A DNA stretch of 64,000 nt from Candidatus Bathyarchaeota archaeon (GTDB lineage Archaea; Thermoproteota; Bathyarchaeia; Bathyarchaeales; Bathycorpusculaceae). A program made the position numbers and the translations under genes. The stretch covers positions 1 through 64,000 of the forward strand of contig CAWHXY010000007.1 in assembly GCA_963833575.1 (NCBI GenBank). The letters are read 5' to 3'. Numbering within the stretch: position 1 is the stretch's first letter; every line of letters begins with the position of its first letter. Shown in pieces: positions 1 to 10,039 of this stretch. Below the pieces are notes generated by a model that was not told where the DNA came from, ran no database searches, and saw only the letters and a list, made by a program, of their open reading frames with translations.

Positions 1-3
1 TCC

Positions 4-1389
4 ATGAGCAGCGTTGCTGAGTCTCACGAGAACGCCTCAGTTTCTTTCAAGAATACCGCTATGACTATGAACACTTTGGCATTATCTGGCGCCAATTTGT
101 ATATGAGTTATGACCAAATCCAGAAATCAGAAATTGCTCTTGACAGGGCACACGTAACCTTAGAGAAAGATACCAATGCAGTTCAGGCAGCCCAAGAAAA
201 ATACAACGCAGCCGTTGCCAAATATGGTCCCAACAGCCAGGAAGCTACGGATGCAGCTAATAAGTTGAAAGCTGCGCAAGATGCCTTAACTGTTGCTCAT
301 GAACGTTCTGATCAAGCGCAAGTTAACGTCAATAACACCATGATGATGAGTGCACTAACCGTTATTCCCAGCTTCATAGGAATTATTGGCAGTTTAAGCA
401 CCATTACAGCCTCCTGGACAGCTATTCAAGGAGCGGCTGCTGCTGCAACTGAAGGTTTAAGCGTCGCCATGGACTTTCTGTCGGCTAACCCGATTGTTTT
501 GGTGATTGCAGGAATTGCCGCCATCGCAATAGGACTCTACGAAGCCTATCAGCATTGTGGACCCTTCAGAGATGCAGTAAATGCAATAGCTAGCGTTCTT
601 GGCGGTGCCTTATCAGCTGCTGTTAATGCGGTTTACCAGGGTCTTCAATGGCTTTGGAATAACGTGCTCGTCCCGCTGGGACAATTCTTAGGCTCAGTTT
701 TCAACATGTACCTGCAAAGCTGGATCGCCACATGGAACATACTCAAAACAGCAGTCAGCGCCGTTTACGATGGATTAAATTGGCTATGGAATAATATTCT
801 AAAGCCCTTAGCCACATTTTTTGGCAACGTCTTATTAGCTGAATGGAATGCTTTTTCTAATGGGCTCAGCTGGGCTTACAATAATTTGATAAAACCCGTT
901 TTTGATGCACTGGAAAAGGTTTACAATGCAGTTTTAAAGCCAATCGGAGACATTCTTGGCACCATTGGCAACGGATTAGGCAGTGTCGGGAAGACTATCA
1001 GCGGCGGCTTAGGCAGCGTTGGAAAAATGCTTGGACTAGCAACGGGCGGAGTTGTCACTGAGCCGACAATCGCAATGGTTGGAGAAGATGGTCCCGAAGC
1101 AGTAATCCCGCTAGATGAAAATGTCGGTGATGCCCTTGACGACATTTCTGGAGGCGGAACAATTGGTCAAACAACCAGCAACAACACAGTCAACAGTGGA
1201 GATTCGAATCAGAACATCACAATTCAAATGACCACAAACCCTCAGATCTCCATCTCACAACTTAGCGGCAACGCAAGCCTCACAGACATTATCAACGCCA
1301 TAACAACTGCAGTCAATAACGGGATGGCTCAACCTCTCATTGATGCGCTCAATAAGGCGTTTGCTGAGCAAGTTCGGAGGCGACGCTAA
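4..1389 (+). CDS. Phage tail tape measure protein (probably 5'-partial)
   Basis: Ala-rich coiled coil; NPIVLVIAGIAA segment; periodic W repeats (LQWLWNNVLVPL, LNWLWNNILKPL, LSWAYNNLIKPV); C-terminal ATGGVV..AMVGEDGPEAVIPL motif typical of tape measures. Confidence 0.88.
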   Translation: MSSVAESHENASVSFKNTAMTMNTLALSGANLYMSYDQIQKSEIALDRAHVTLEKDTNAVQAAQEKYNAAVAKYGPNSQEATDAANKLKAAQDALTVAHERSDQAQVNVNNTMMMSALTVIPSFIGIIGSLSTITASWTAIQGAAAAATEGLSVAMDFLSANPIVLVIAGIAAIAIGLYEAYQHCGPFRDAVNAIASVLGGALSAAVNAVYQGLQWLWNNVLVPLGQFLGSVFNMYLQSWIATWNILKTAVSAVYDGLNWLWNNILKPLATFFGNVLLAEWNAFSNGLSWAYNNLIKPVFDALEKVYNAVLKPIGDILGTIGNGLGSVGKTISGGLGSVGKMLGLATGGVVTEPTIAMVGEDGPEAVIPLDENVGDALDDISGGGTIGQTTSNNTVNSGDSNQNITIQMTTNPQISISQLSGNASLTDIINAITTAVNNGMAQPLIDALNKAFAEQVRRRR

Positions 1390-1391
1390 AA

Positions 1392-1787
1392 ATGTCTAGT
1401 AGTTGGGCTCTTACTCAAGGGTCAACAACTGTTAATTTGCCTACGGCGCCCAAGGTAATTAATGATCAGAACCCTGCCGATATTACAGTTGTTAAAGTTC
1501 AAGGCGCAGCTCCGGTGCTTGTCGGAGTTGATCTAGATGCTCGAACTATACGTTTAGAGGGCAGTATTTGGGTTCATGGCCAAACTAACGCTCAGTTAGA
1601 ATCAACTTATTTGGCACCGCTGAGAGCAATGGCAAGGCAATTAGTCACAATTACCGATCCCGACAATCAATTCTCTGGTAATTGGATTATGAAAGAGCCC
1701 GATTTTAAACGTGAAGCGGAAGGCGCTGAAGTTCGCTACACTTACACGATGACATTGCTGCAGGGTCAAAGCGTAGTGGTGCTCTAA
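1392..1787 (+). CDS. Putative distal tail (Dit/GpU-like) protein
   Basis: 131 aa beta-rich protein directly after the tape measure; ARTIRLEG and GNWIM...YTMTL pattern. Confidence 0.6.
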   Translation: MSSSWALTQGSTTVNLPTAPKVINDQNPADITVVKVQGAAPVLVGVDLDARTIRLEGSIWVHGQTNAQLESTYLAPLRAMARQLVTITDPDNQFSGNWIMKEPDFKREAEGAEVRYTYTMTLLQGQSVVVL

Positions 1788-1788
1788 G

Positions 1789-3519
1789 GTGACTGCGAAA
1801 TATCTTTTCCAATACTACAATGGCGCAACCTGGATCACCCTTTCAGGCATAACTTTCGATCACACGCTCGAGGAGCTCAATGGAACTGAAGAATTCATCT
1901 TCAACCTGCCAAACACTTCAGCAAACCGAGCAATCATAGCAAACAATGTTTTATTGAACGCGAGCTACAACGGATCCGTTATCTTCTATGGCCTACTAAC
2001 TGGAGCTGACTACACCGCTGCAAACCTTCAATGCAAAGTTTACAATCCAGTTTTTGTCGCTCTCAAACAAGCAACAGGCGTTTTAAACAAAAGCTACACT
2101 ACAACAGCTGCAAATTCTATACTCGCTGACATCATAGCTCTAACTGGTTCTCAAGTAAGTCCCTATATCCCAGCTATAACGGCTGGAGTTTGCCCCACAA
2201 CCGCAGTTAGCATAAAATTCACCAACGCCAACCCATTTGACGCCATGGTATCTCTCACCAAAGCTCTCGGCTCATATTATTGGGGAGACGGCAATGCCTT
2301 AACCATAAACATTGGCACCAGAGATAACACAGTTCAAACGCCTACGATTTATGAACAAGGAACCAAAAGAGGGGTAGATCGCAGCAAACAAATCGGTCAA
2401 GTGGTCATTAAAGGAACAGACGTTAATGGAGTTTTAATTCAAGGCTCTGCAGGAACCAGCGGAGCCATAAAATACTTCACGGATTCTAAAGCGGCAGACG
2501 TCTCAACCCTAAACAGTCTTGCCTCATACAAATTAACTCTGCTAAATAACCCTTCCACCGGCAACCCAATAGTCGTTTTGACAGACCAAGCCTACACATA
2601 CAAGCCTGGCCAATATGTCAGTATTTCGAGAACAGACTTGGCGCTTTCAGGCTCTTTTATAATTCAGAGAATAACCAAACGTGACGTTTTAACAACAATC
2701 GATGTCGATGTGCCAGTAAATCAAGATGATGTTTACCTGACTGAAACCGATCAATATGGAGATCTCGCAACCTACCAATCGCAGCCAACCACAAACACAC
2801 CAACAGCATTAACGCTTCAAGGGCTTCTACATCTCTATCACTTATCTGAAGGCTCCGGAGCTACAGCGACCGACAGCTCGCCAAATGGAACAGCCAAAAA
2901 CGGAGTGATAACAAATGGAAGCTGGATTAATGGGGCGATATCTGGAACCAAAGTTCTCAACTTTGGTGGAAGTGGATATGTCGACTGCCCAAATACCGAT
3001 ACATTAACGAATGCTTTGGCTATAGGTTGCTGGTACAGTCCTTCACAGCTAATAGATCACGAAGCCATGGTTGGAAAAAATAACAACTACCTTCTCGAGA
3101 TCTCAGGAACTCAAGGCGCCATACGCTTCGGGTTGCATATTGGCGGATCATGGGTTTACTTAACAGCGCCTACAGGAACTATCTCGGCAAATGGAAGAGG
3201 TTTTGCATTAGCCGTCTATGACGGGTCTAAAATGTACCTTTATGTCGCTAACCCTCAAGTGCTAAATCAACTTCTAACTTATAGTCAAGCGCAAACTGGG
3301 AGTCTCGATAGCTCTTCAGCTGACCTCTACTTAGCTGCATCAGGCTACAAAGGCGTAGTTGCCGAAGTTATGATCTGGGGGAGAGCTACAAGCGCTCAGG
3401 AGCTGCAGGAGCTATTTTTTCGACCCCTTACTCGAATTGTAGCCAAAAGCGGCGGAATAACAGCTCAAGAAGGCTCCGTCGACGTAGTTTTCAAAGTCGT
3501 GAATCTACCCTATCAATGA
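1789..3519 (+). CDS. Baseplate hub/tail protein with C-terminal LamG (ConA-like) domain
   Basis: Position after Dit-like gene; C-terminal LLHLYHLSEGSG..ATDSS, LNFGGSGYV, VYDGSKMYLYV, YKGVVAEVMIW LamG signature. Confidence 0.75.
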   Translation: MTAKYLFQYYNGATWITLSGITFDHTLEELNGTEEFIFNLPNTSANRAIIANNVLLNASYNGSVIFYGLLTGADYTAANLQCKVYNPVFVALKQATGVLNKSYTTTAANSILADIIALTGSQVSPYIPAITAGVCPTTAVSIKFTNANPFDAMVSLTKALGSYYWGDGNALTINIGTRDNTVQTPTIYEQGTKRGVDRSKQIGQVVIKGTDVNGVLIQGSAGTSGAIKYFTDSKAADVSTLNSLASYKLTLLNNPSTGNPIVVLTDQAYTYKPGQYVSISRTDLALSGSFIIQRITKRDVLTTIDVDVPVNQDDVYLTETDQYGDLATYQSQPTTNTPTALTLQGLLHLYHLSEGSGATATDSSPNGTAKNGVITNGSWINGAISGTKVLNFGGSGYVDCPNTDTLTNALAIGCWYSPSQLIDHEAMVGKNNNYLLEISGTQGAIRFGLHIGGSWVYLTAPTGTISANGRGFALAVYDGSKMYLYVANPQVLNQLLTYSQAQTGSLDSSSADLYLAASGYKGVVAEVMIWGRATSAQELQELFFRPLTRIVAKSGGITAQEGSVDVVFKVVNLPYQ

Positions 3520-3528
3520 GGCGCAAAT

Positions 3529-4476
3529 ATGAGCATCAGTAACTATCCGCCAATTAACGGTGCAACAATCGTTGTCTCCCAAAACGGCAGCAACATTGCT
3601 ACGCTAACTTCGGACGCCACAGGACAAGCTGAAGTAGAAATTGCCACTCAAGGCACTTACAATGTAGCCATCTCTGCGTCGGGATTTCAACCCATAAACT
3701 TCACAGTCAATATCCCAATGAATAATTACAATTTGGCTTTCCGCCTTAACTCGCAACCAAAAAACAACTCACTTCCAACGGCGATGCTCGCAATAACTTT
3801 GAACGCAACTGCCGCTATCGCCTCAACCGTTAATGAATCAATGCTTCTGACACCCAATGCTCTAAACTCAACAACCGTTACCGAAGGCATGACTGAAAAC
3901 CCAACCGTAACCGCCTCGCCCACAAATTGGTACTTATTCATTGAAGTTGGGTATGGAAGTTCCGATCTGCAACAGGGAATAACATCACCCGGACTAGGGC
4001 TCAACACTATTGGGTCTTCAAGCCAAGTGATCTCTGGAACGACAAGACAATATTGCATTTACGCTTACATGTACCTTGACGGCGTCTACGTCTTAGACAA
4101 TGCATCAACAACAAATGAACTCATCAATACCGTTCATTCGATAACTGCCTCAATGCCCTCACTTGGCATCATCAGGCGAGCCATCTTATTCTTCAGAGAC
4201 GCATGGGAACTAACAGCCTCGGGCACAACTACAGACGGAACCTTCGAGGTGCTGGTCGGCTATTCAAAAACATTCACAAATAATTTAGGTTCTCCACCAG
4301 TCTGCTACTACGACTACAACCTTCAAGGACAGATTATCGGAACTCATTATGCGACCTATCAATGGTATTTCGATAGCGCAGCCGTAGGTCGCGGAGCAGG
4401 AAGTTATACAGTTACCGCTCAAACAAGGGGAACATCCCATACCATTTCGTGCAGCTGGACTTGCGTTGGGGTATAG
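3529..4476 (+). CDS. Putative tail fibre/adhesin with N-terminal carboxypeptidase-regulatory-like beta-sandwich
   Basis: INGATIVV...TSDATGQA...GTYNVAISASGF motif; paralogous to the next gene. Confidence 0.55.
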   Translation: MSISNYPPINGATIVVSQNGSNIATLTSDATGQAEVEIATQGTYNVAISASGFQPINFTVNIPMNNYNLAFRLNSQPKNNSLPTAMLAITLNATAAIASTVNESMLLTPNALNSTTVTEGMTENPTVTASPTNWYLFIEVGYGSSDLQQGITSPGLGLNTIGSSSQVISGTTRQYCIYAYMYLDGVYVLDNASTTNELINTVHSITASMPSLGIIRRAILFFRDAWELTASGTTTDGTFEVLVGYSKTFTNNLGSPPVCYYDYNLQGQIIGTHYATYQWYFDSAAVGRGAGSYTVTAQTRGTSHTISCSWTCVGV

Positions 4477-4478
4477 TC

Positions 4479-5384
4479 ATGAGCCTAATTCAAGGAGCCA
4501 CAATCACCGTTTACGACAACAACGGCATATTGATTTTTAGTGGAACCTCAGACGCCAACGGAGAAGTAAGCATTTCCGCACTTGACCGCGGAATATACAA
4601 CATTCAAATTTCAAAGAACGGCTACGCAACAACAACTTACGCTATCAACATTATCGAGTATAAAACGTACGTCCTTAACCTTCCAGCAACATCAAACACA
4701 ATTTACGCAATGATGGTGACGGAAACTATGGCAGAAATGCCCGCCATTTCAAAAAACACTTCGGTAACTCAAACCTTAACTGAAAATCCTTCAGTAGCGT
4801 TGGGCTCAGCTTATCCATATTCTAACCCAACCATGAGCGTTATCCCAACCGTAATCAAGTTACCAGCCACATGGCGCTTAATCATTTGTTTTCTCTATCC
4901 AGACGGCGGATTAATTACAGGAACCTTCACCCCAAACGGAGCCCCAACATACATCGTTGACACTGCAAGCGGGAGCACACTCGTCACAACAGCCACAACC
5001 AAACAATTCAACCTCTACAGCTACGAGAAGCTCAACGGCGGAGCAAACTTAAACGACAACAGCAGCATCCATTTTGAAGCCGTCAACACCGCTCACAGTT
5101 ATACCGTTTCAGCTCAAACTGCGGGCTCCATTCAATCATTCCTTGTCGCATTCAAATCAGCCTGGGAAATGGCGACTTCAGCAAGCGGTCCAGGGACTCT
5201 CAACTATGCTGGAACTTATGAAGTTGAAGATGGGTATAGTTTTGCAGTAACGGCAACCGCTAACAGCGGTCACGTCTTTTTGCGTTGGGAATTTGACGGG
5301 GAAGTAGTGTCGACGTCTACAAGTTACACTTGTCCGGTTCAACAACGCGGTACCAGTCACACATTGATAGCAATCTTCATGTAA
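4479..5384 (+). CDS. Putative tail fibre/adhesin, paralogue of 3529-4476
   Basis: IQGATITV...TSDANGEV...GIYNIQISKNGY; C-terminal ATANSGHVFLRWE (InlB B-repeat-like); shares TENP, AWE and RGTSHT motifs with the upstream gene. Confidence 0.55.
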   Translation: MSLIQGATITVYDNNGILIFSGTSDANGEVSISALDRGIYNIQISKNGYATTTYAINIIEYKTYVLNLPATSNTIYAMMVTETMAEMPAISKNTSVTQTLTENPSVALGSAYPYSNPTMSVIPTVIKLPATWRLIICFLYPDGGLITGTFTPNGAPTYIVDTASGSTLVTTATTKQFNLYSYEKLNGGANLNDNSSIHFEAVNTAHSYTVSAQTAGSIQSFLVAFKSAWEMATSASGPGTLNYAGTYEVEDGYSFAVTATANSGHVFLRWEFDGEVVSTSTSYTCPVQQRGTSHTLIAIFM

Positions 5385-5410
5385 GGAGTAGAAAAACAGG
5401 AGGTGGTATA

Positions 5411-6184
5411 TTGGCAAAATGGGAAGATGATTTGATAGAAGACATACTCAAAGGCGAGCATTGGGAAGATAATTTATCCGGGTTGAAGTGGACGCCTAAA
5501 CTGAAAGAGGCTGTACTGAACAAGCATACGTTAGACATTAGAGAATGGCGAGCTGAAGATGAACTAGTACAATTAAAGAAAGTCAAGACACTCAAGGACA
5601 TCAAAGCTTTCAAAAATCAGGCGCTTCCAAGAATGATTGACGCCTCATGCGTAGCCGTACTAAAAAGCATGAAGGACTTAAGAATCAAAGAAATTGGGTT
5701 CAATCGAGCAGACGATATGTTCCTAAACAACTGGGGAAACGCTATCGCCTGCGGCATCCATGGCAACACTGGCGCCATTTATCCCTACACACTGTATAAC
5801 CTAACAAATAGCGCAGTCAGCGCGGGCGGAGCAAGTTTTTCTTTTATGAGTGGATCCACAAACAATTATTTCTTGATCCAATTTGGTGCTGGAACAACAG
5901 CTGCTGCGAAAACAAACTACAACATCCAAACGGCATTCGTGACTACACCTGAAAGCACAAGATTCAACTGCGGTCCAGGAGCATATGCAGGCGGAACCAT
6001 CAGCTTTGGCAACCTAATTGCAGCAGGCGGATCAGGAACTGTCAATGAAATAGGACTTTTCACATACTTCTACTACACAGCCAGCGTCTACGATACTTTT
6101 ATGGTAACTCATGACATTCTCGGAGCAGGCGTAGCATTTGTAGCAGGCAACCCTCTCGTCGGAACTTTCGCTATTAGCATCTAA
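5411..6184 (+). CDS. Putative tail collar/fibre-associated protein
   Basis: TTG start after strong SD GGAGGTGG; FGAGTTAAAKT...GTVNEIGLF resembles phage tail-collar motifs. Confidence 0.5.
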   Translation: MAKWEDDLIEDILKGEHWEDNLSGLKWTPKLKEAVLNKHTLDIREWRAEDELVQLKKVKTLKDIKAFKNQALPRMIDASCVAVLKSMKDLRIKEIGFNRADDMFLNNWGNAIACGIHGNTGAIYPYTLYNLTNSAVSAGGASFSFMSGSTNNYFLIQFGAGTTAAAKTNYNIQTAFVTTPESTRFNCGPGAYAGGTISFGNLIAAGGSGTVNEIGLFTYFYYTASVYDTFMVTHDILGAGVAFVAGNPLVGTFAISI

Positions 6185-6313
6185 ATTTCCGGTCTCATTT
6201 TTGAGACTAAAATAATTTAGTTTTTACCGGCATTCTCAGCATACTTGCCAGCTTACCTCATTCTCGGTTCCTCATTTACGGAACACCATGCTTTTTGGAG
6301 GTGAATGTAAAAA

Positions 6314-6700
6314 ATGGATATCTCACCATATTACGGAATACTCTTTGCCCTAGCCATGGCAATCTTCACAGCACTACTCTCCTGGAAACTAAGCGGAGAA
6401 GTTTTTAGCGAAACCAAATTCCTACGATTAGTTCTTGCGTCTTTTGCACTGGCATTAGGATTCAACATCTCAGGCACACCCTTAGCAAACGTTGCAGTCA
6501 ACCCATTCGCATCAGCCCTAGCAGGATTACTCTTTAGCAAAGGACTCAACTACATCAAAGAAGTCCCAACCCAACTACTACCCCAAATAGAAGGCATCGT
6601 TACTGAAGCGGCAAAACAAATACCTGCCTCGGATCCAATAACTGCACCCGCATCTGCTACTTTTCCTGCTTCAGTTCTTGCATCATCGACTAATGATTAA
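6314..6700 (+). CDS. Small membrane protein, holin-like position
   Basis: SD GGAGGTGA; about 3 hydrophobic segments plus hydrophilic tail; last gene of the tail operon. Confidence 0.5.
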   Translation: MDISPYYGILFALAMAIFTALLSWKLSGEVFSETKFLRLVLASFALALGFNISGTPLANVAVNPFASALAGLLFSKGLNYIKEVPTQLLPQIEGIVTEAAKQIPASDPITAPASATFPASVLASSTND

Positions 6701-6704
6701 AAAT

Positions 6705-6738
6705 TATGTTTGTTTTTTCTTTCTTTTTTTCTTTTTTC
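6705..6738 (+). terminator. Oligo-T archaeal terminator ending the viral late operon
   Basis: tttgttttttctttcttttttttcttttttc immediately after the stop at 6700. Confidence 0.6.
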
Positions 6739-6834
6739 GGCAATTAATTTTTGTTTTAGCGAAAGCTATCTGCATTCATGGTTTTTATTGAAAGCATTTA
6801 TAGTTGACATTATATATTTTATTAACTGAGCTTT

Positions 6835-7284
6835 ATGTCTGAAAAAACAGTTTCAATTCTCAGAGCTCTGGGAAATCCCAACAAGGCCAAGATAATCGCC
6901 CACTTAGCAAAACATAGAGGAGAGACCGCGGAAGGCATTGGAAAACATTTAGGATATCCACTACCAACTGTCTACAAGTACCTACGGGAGCTTGAAGCTG
7001 CAAGAACAGTTGAGAGCGAAGCAAAAGGCAATACACGAGTATATTTTGCTTGCGACTTCAAGCTTGAGGTTTCGCCAGAGAAGTTGATGGAAGCGTTCGA
7101 GGAACATACGATGACAGATCTTTACAGAGGCAGGTTTGGAGATGAGGGCATAAATAAGCTTAACGAAGTTACAGCTAAGGTGAAAGCTGGAAAGATGACT
7201 TTCAGACAAGCAGCCGCGACTCTGGGAATAACCTACTATGAATTTGTCTCACTTCTAGATGAAGCCGGCGCACTCGATGCCTAA
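6835..7284 (+). CDS. Putative antitoxin: ArsR-like wHTH fused to UPF0175-like C-terminal HTH
   Basis: ALGNPNKAKII...PLPTVYKYLRELE (ArsR-type); GKMTFRQAAATLGITYYEFVSLL (UPF0175-like); overlaps the PIN gene. Confidence 0.7.
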   Translation: MSEKTVSILRALGNPNKAKIIAHLAKHRGETAEGIGKHLGYPLPTVYKYLRELEAARTVESEAKGNTRVYFACDFKLEVSPEKLMEAFEEHTMTDLYRGRFGDEGINKLNEVTAKVKAGKMTFRQAAATLGITYYEFVSLLDEAGALDA

Positions 7285-7774
7285 TTGTCTGGTGGTAGAT
7301 TCATCAATTCTTATATTCTTTGATAGGAAAGGGCAATTGGAAGCATTCTTGAGACTAAAAAAGAAAGAAAACTATAAAGTTATTATCCCAAAAGCGATAG
7401 CGCGGGAAGTCATTGATGAGCCAAAAGAGTTTGCAGAAAAAATCAAAAAAACAGTTCCAGAGTTGGCAATCAAAATATCAGATTCTGTTGTGAGGATTAG
7501 CACTGCTATTGAGCAAGGGCTCATTGAGGTTGAAACGGTGAACTATAGAAAGTATTCGAAAGTGATGGATAATGTCAGGAAACATTTGAGTAAGCTGGAG
7601 GCAAAGCCAGAATATGCTATAAAGAAGGGCGATCCAGAACTCATAGCATTGGTTATTCAGCTCTATGATGAAACTAAAGAAAAGGTCTTTGTCGCAACGT
7701 TGGATAAGGGACTGCAAAAGGCACTTAAGCCGTTTAGCGGTGAAGTTGAATATGGACTCTTAGAGACGCTATGA
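7277..7774 (+). CDS. PIN-domain (VapC/DUF3368-like) ribonuclease toxin
   Basis: LVVDSSILI, IPKAIAREV, GDPELIAL, VATLDKGL acidic PIN motifs. Confidence 0.8.
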   Translation: MPNCLVVDSSILIFFDRKGQLEAFLRLKKKENYKVIIPKAIAREVIDEPKEFAEKIKKTVPELAIKISDSVVRISTAIEQGLIEVETVNYRKYSKVMDNVRKHLSKLEAKPEYAIKKGDPELIALVIQLYDETKEKVFVATLDKGLQKALKPFSGEVEYGLLETL

Positions 7775-7818
7775 CCATTTTGCCATGTTCTAACATGGAG
7801 TATTAAGTAATGCCCTCT
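7773..7818 (+). repeat. Degenerate junction motif B
   Basis: gaccattttgcca...tgccctct overlapping the PIN stop codon; internal hairpin ccatgtt-ct-aacatgg. Confidence 0.4.
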
Positions 7819-7868
7819 AATAAGATAACGAGACGTTAAAGGTAAATTTGCAAAAAGGGAGGGGTGGG

Positions 7869-9425
7869 ATGAAAAAAAGGTTAGCAATAGTTTTGTCGAT
7901 TGTAATAATCAGCGTTATTGCTGTTTCATCGTTTGCCGCTATAGAAGATTACTTACCTTACTGCAATCATGTTAAAGCAAAGAAGCCATTTTATGTAGGA
8001 GTTAACTACTACGGGGATTCCGTAACTGATGCCGAGCAATTAATCGATAAGGTCAAGAATTACACTAACCTGTTTGTCTTGCAGTCTGGCCCTTTAATGT
8101 ATAACGCTAATGCTTCTGAACAAATATGTGATTATGCAGTCAAGGCAGGACTAAATATCATCATAAGTGGAAGCACCAACAGTTTAGGCAACAACTTAAA
8201 CGATATACTTGATGTTGCTCTTGAACGTTGGCAAAGTCACTTTCTTGGCTTGTACTTTAATGATGAACCAGCAGGTCGTATGCTTGATTCTGCCATTATG
8301 TTTCTTAACGATAACAATACAAGCGTTAGTATATCAAAAAAGTCTGACATACTGCTTGATTCTCCCTTATCCATTCTTGACGATAAGAATTCTGACATAA
8401 TCATTTCATTTAGTAACCAGTCAGGGGTGGGGTTGAATATAATTTCAACTCAGTATAGCTTTGACATTGTTTCAGGAATAATAACTAAAATAACAACAAT
8501 TTCAACGACTACTCCACACGATTCAATTCCCACGGTTACTAATATAACGATAAATGGAACGCCTGTAATACCTGACAAAACAGTTTACTATCCTAATGGC
8601 ACGATTACGTATGAAACCGATACAACGCTTATCTATGAGCCAAACGGAGAAGTTTTTGATGGAAACGGTCAGGTTATAACTAATCAGGGACCCATTTCAC
8701 AGTTTGAACCCTACCAACAAGTCTGGAATTTAAATCCACTTCTAAATGACACTGACATAGCTAAATTGTATGTAAAAAACCTACAAAATACCTTATCGTC
8801 AATTGGTAATCAATCTTATGTTAACCTCTTCACATCAGACTATTCCCTATACTGGTTCGACTATCTTGGTGGGTATAATACCGTATTTGCCGAACTATTT
8901 GGTCAGCAAACTGACGCCCAAACTTTAGCTTTAGTCAAAGGCGCCTCAGATATGCAAGGTAAAAGTTGGGGAGTGATGATAGAGCCAGCAAGCCAATTAC
9001 CGCTTAACCTTCAAACGGGTGACAAAATATACAATGAGCTACAACAAACATATGAAGATGGAGCTGAATTTGGCGTAGTCTTCAACTACGCACCAAACAG
9101 CAACAGTATTGGCCTTTTACAGGATCAGCAGTTTAACGCAATCCAAAAGTTTTGGACGGATGTGGTTCAGAATCCCAAAGTAACCAATAATGTGAAAGGA
9201 CAGGATGCGTTATTTCTTCCAAGTGACTATGGCTCAGGCTTGCGAAGCCCAACTGATTCTGAATGGGGTATATGGCATCCTGATAGCTCCCAGCAAGTTT
9301 GGAACTCAATGCAGGCATCACTTGCCAAATATGGGTCTAAACTTGACATAGGCTACAATGCTCCAAATGTCTCGAACGCTGGAAAATTCCAGCACATCAT
9401 TTACTGGAATCAAACAATTGATTAA
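7869..9425 (+). CDS. Secreted TIM-barrel/glycoside hydrolase-like protein, paralogue of 21215-22567
   Basis: N-terminal signal anchor; FLGLYFNDEP, LFTSDYSLYWFDY, VFAE and WGVMI blocks shared with 21215-22567. Confidence 0.65.
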   Translation: MKKRLAIVLSIVIISVIAVSSFAAIEDYLPYCNHVKAKKPFYVGVNYYGDSVTDAEQLIDKVKNYTNLFVLQSGPLMYNANASEQICDYAVKAGLNIIISGSTNSLGNNLNDILDVALERWQSHFLGLYFNDEPAGRMLDSAIMFLNDNNTSVSISKKSDILLDSPLSILDDKNSDIIISFSNQSGVGLNIISTQYSFDIVSGIITKITTISTTTPHDSIPTVTNITINGTPVIPDKTVYYPNGTITYETDTTLIYEPNGEVFDGNGQVITNQGPISQFEPYQQVWNLNPLLNDTDIAKLYVKNLQNTLSSIGNQSYVNLFTSDYSLYWFDYLGGYNTVFAELFGQQTDAQTLALVKGASDMQGKSWGVMIEPASQLPLNLQTGDKIYNELQQTYEDGAEFGVVFNYAPNSNSIGLLQDQQFNAIQKFWTDVVQNPKVTNNVKGQDALFLPSDYGSGLRSPTDSEWGIWHPDSSQQVWNSMQASLAKYGSKLDIGYNAPNVSNAGKFQHIIYWNQTID

Positions 9426-9428
9426 ATA

Positions 9429-9467
9429 GACCTTTTCCCACGGCAGGCTGTACTCCACCTGCCCTCT
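9429..9467 (+). repeat. Junction motif B
   Basis: gaccttttcccacggcaggctgtactccacctgccctct, 3 bp after the stop of 7869-9425; hairpin ggcagg/cctgcc. Confidence 0.75.
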
Positions 9468-9521
9468 GAAAAACATATAAACGCTTAAAACAAATAAATG
9501 CATAAAACAGTTGACCGTTAA

Positions 9522-9806
9522 ATGTACAAAAAACTATTACCAATCGCTATTTTTAATATTTTAATCAGCTTTGTCTTTATTGGGACAAACTTATACCTTT
9601 GGAATTTTCTTAATGGAAAAATCTCTTACAATACTTGGGGTCCTCTTCAAGTGGTCATTGTTCCGAAAACAATTGTTGCGGGAGAAGTCACTACTATAGG
9701 TTTATTCACTCCGATTCTGAATTACCCGTTTATTCTCTTTTGGGTTGCTATCGTGGGTAATTTTGTTCTTACCTTTTTAGCTATCAGAAGTGCAAATAAG
9801 AACTAA
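9522..9806 (+). CDS. Small membrane protein (2 TM)
   Basis: Two hydrophobic helices; TATA-like element upstream. Confidence 0.7.
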   Translation: MYKKLLPIAIFNILISFVFIGTNLYLWNFLNGKISYNTWGPLQVVIVPKTIVAGEVTTIGLFTPILNYPFILFWVAIVGNFVLTFLAIRSANKN

Positions 9807-10039
9807 CCCTCAGGTTAATTGGCAGTCAAAAAATCTTTTTTATAATCTCGCATTATTGACTAATTTGATAGGTTTGTTCTGTTCTTCCACCCCTTTATGA
9901 ATTTAAGCCGCTAAAAATATTCTCAAGAAATAATTGCCTGTCTTGTTTTTAATCTACTAACCATAAATCTAAGATTATTTTATTACTTTATTGATTATGA
10001 TTAAACTACTAAACGCTCAATCTAAGTTATAATGGATAC

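Larger units (their letters stand above)
1..6740 (+). mobile_element. Provirus (tailed virus, Caudoviricetes-like) tail module, truncated at window start
   Basis: Tightly packed co-oriented genes in canonical order: tape measure, distal tail-like, hub + LamG, two paralogous fibre-like genes, collar-like gene, small TM protein, then a long T-tract. Confidence 0.85.

Noticed and set aside
3529-5384. Diversity-generating retroelement VR/TR pair in the fibre genes
   Set aside because: Similarity is at protein level, differences are not adenine-specific, and no reverse transcriptase is in the window.
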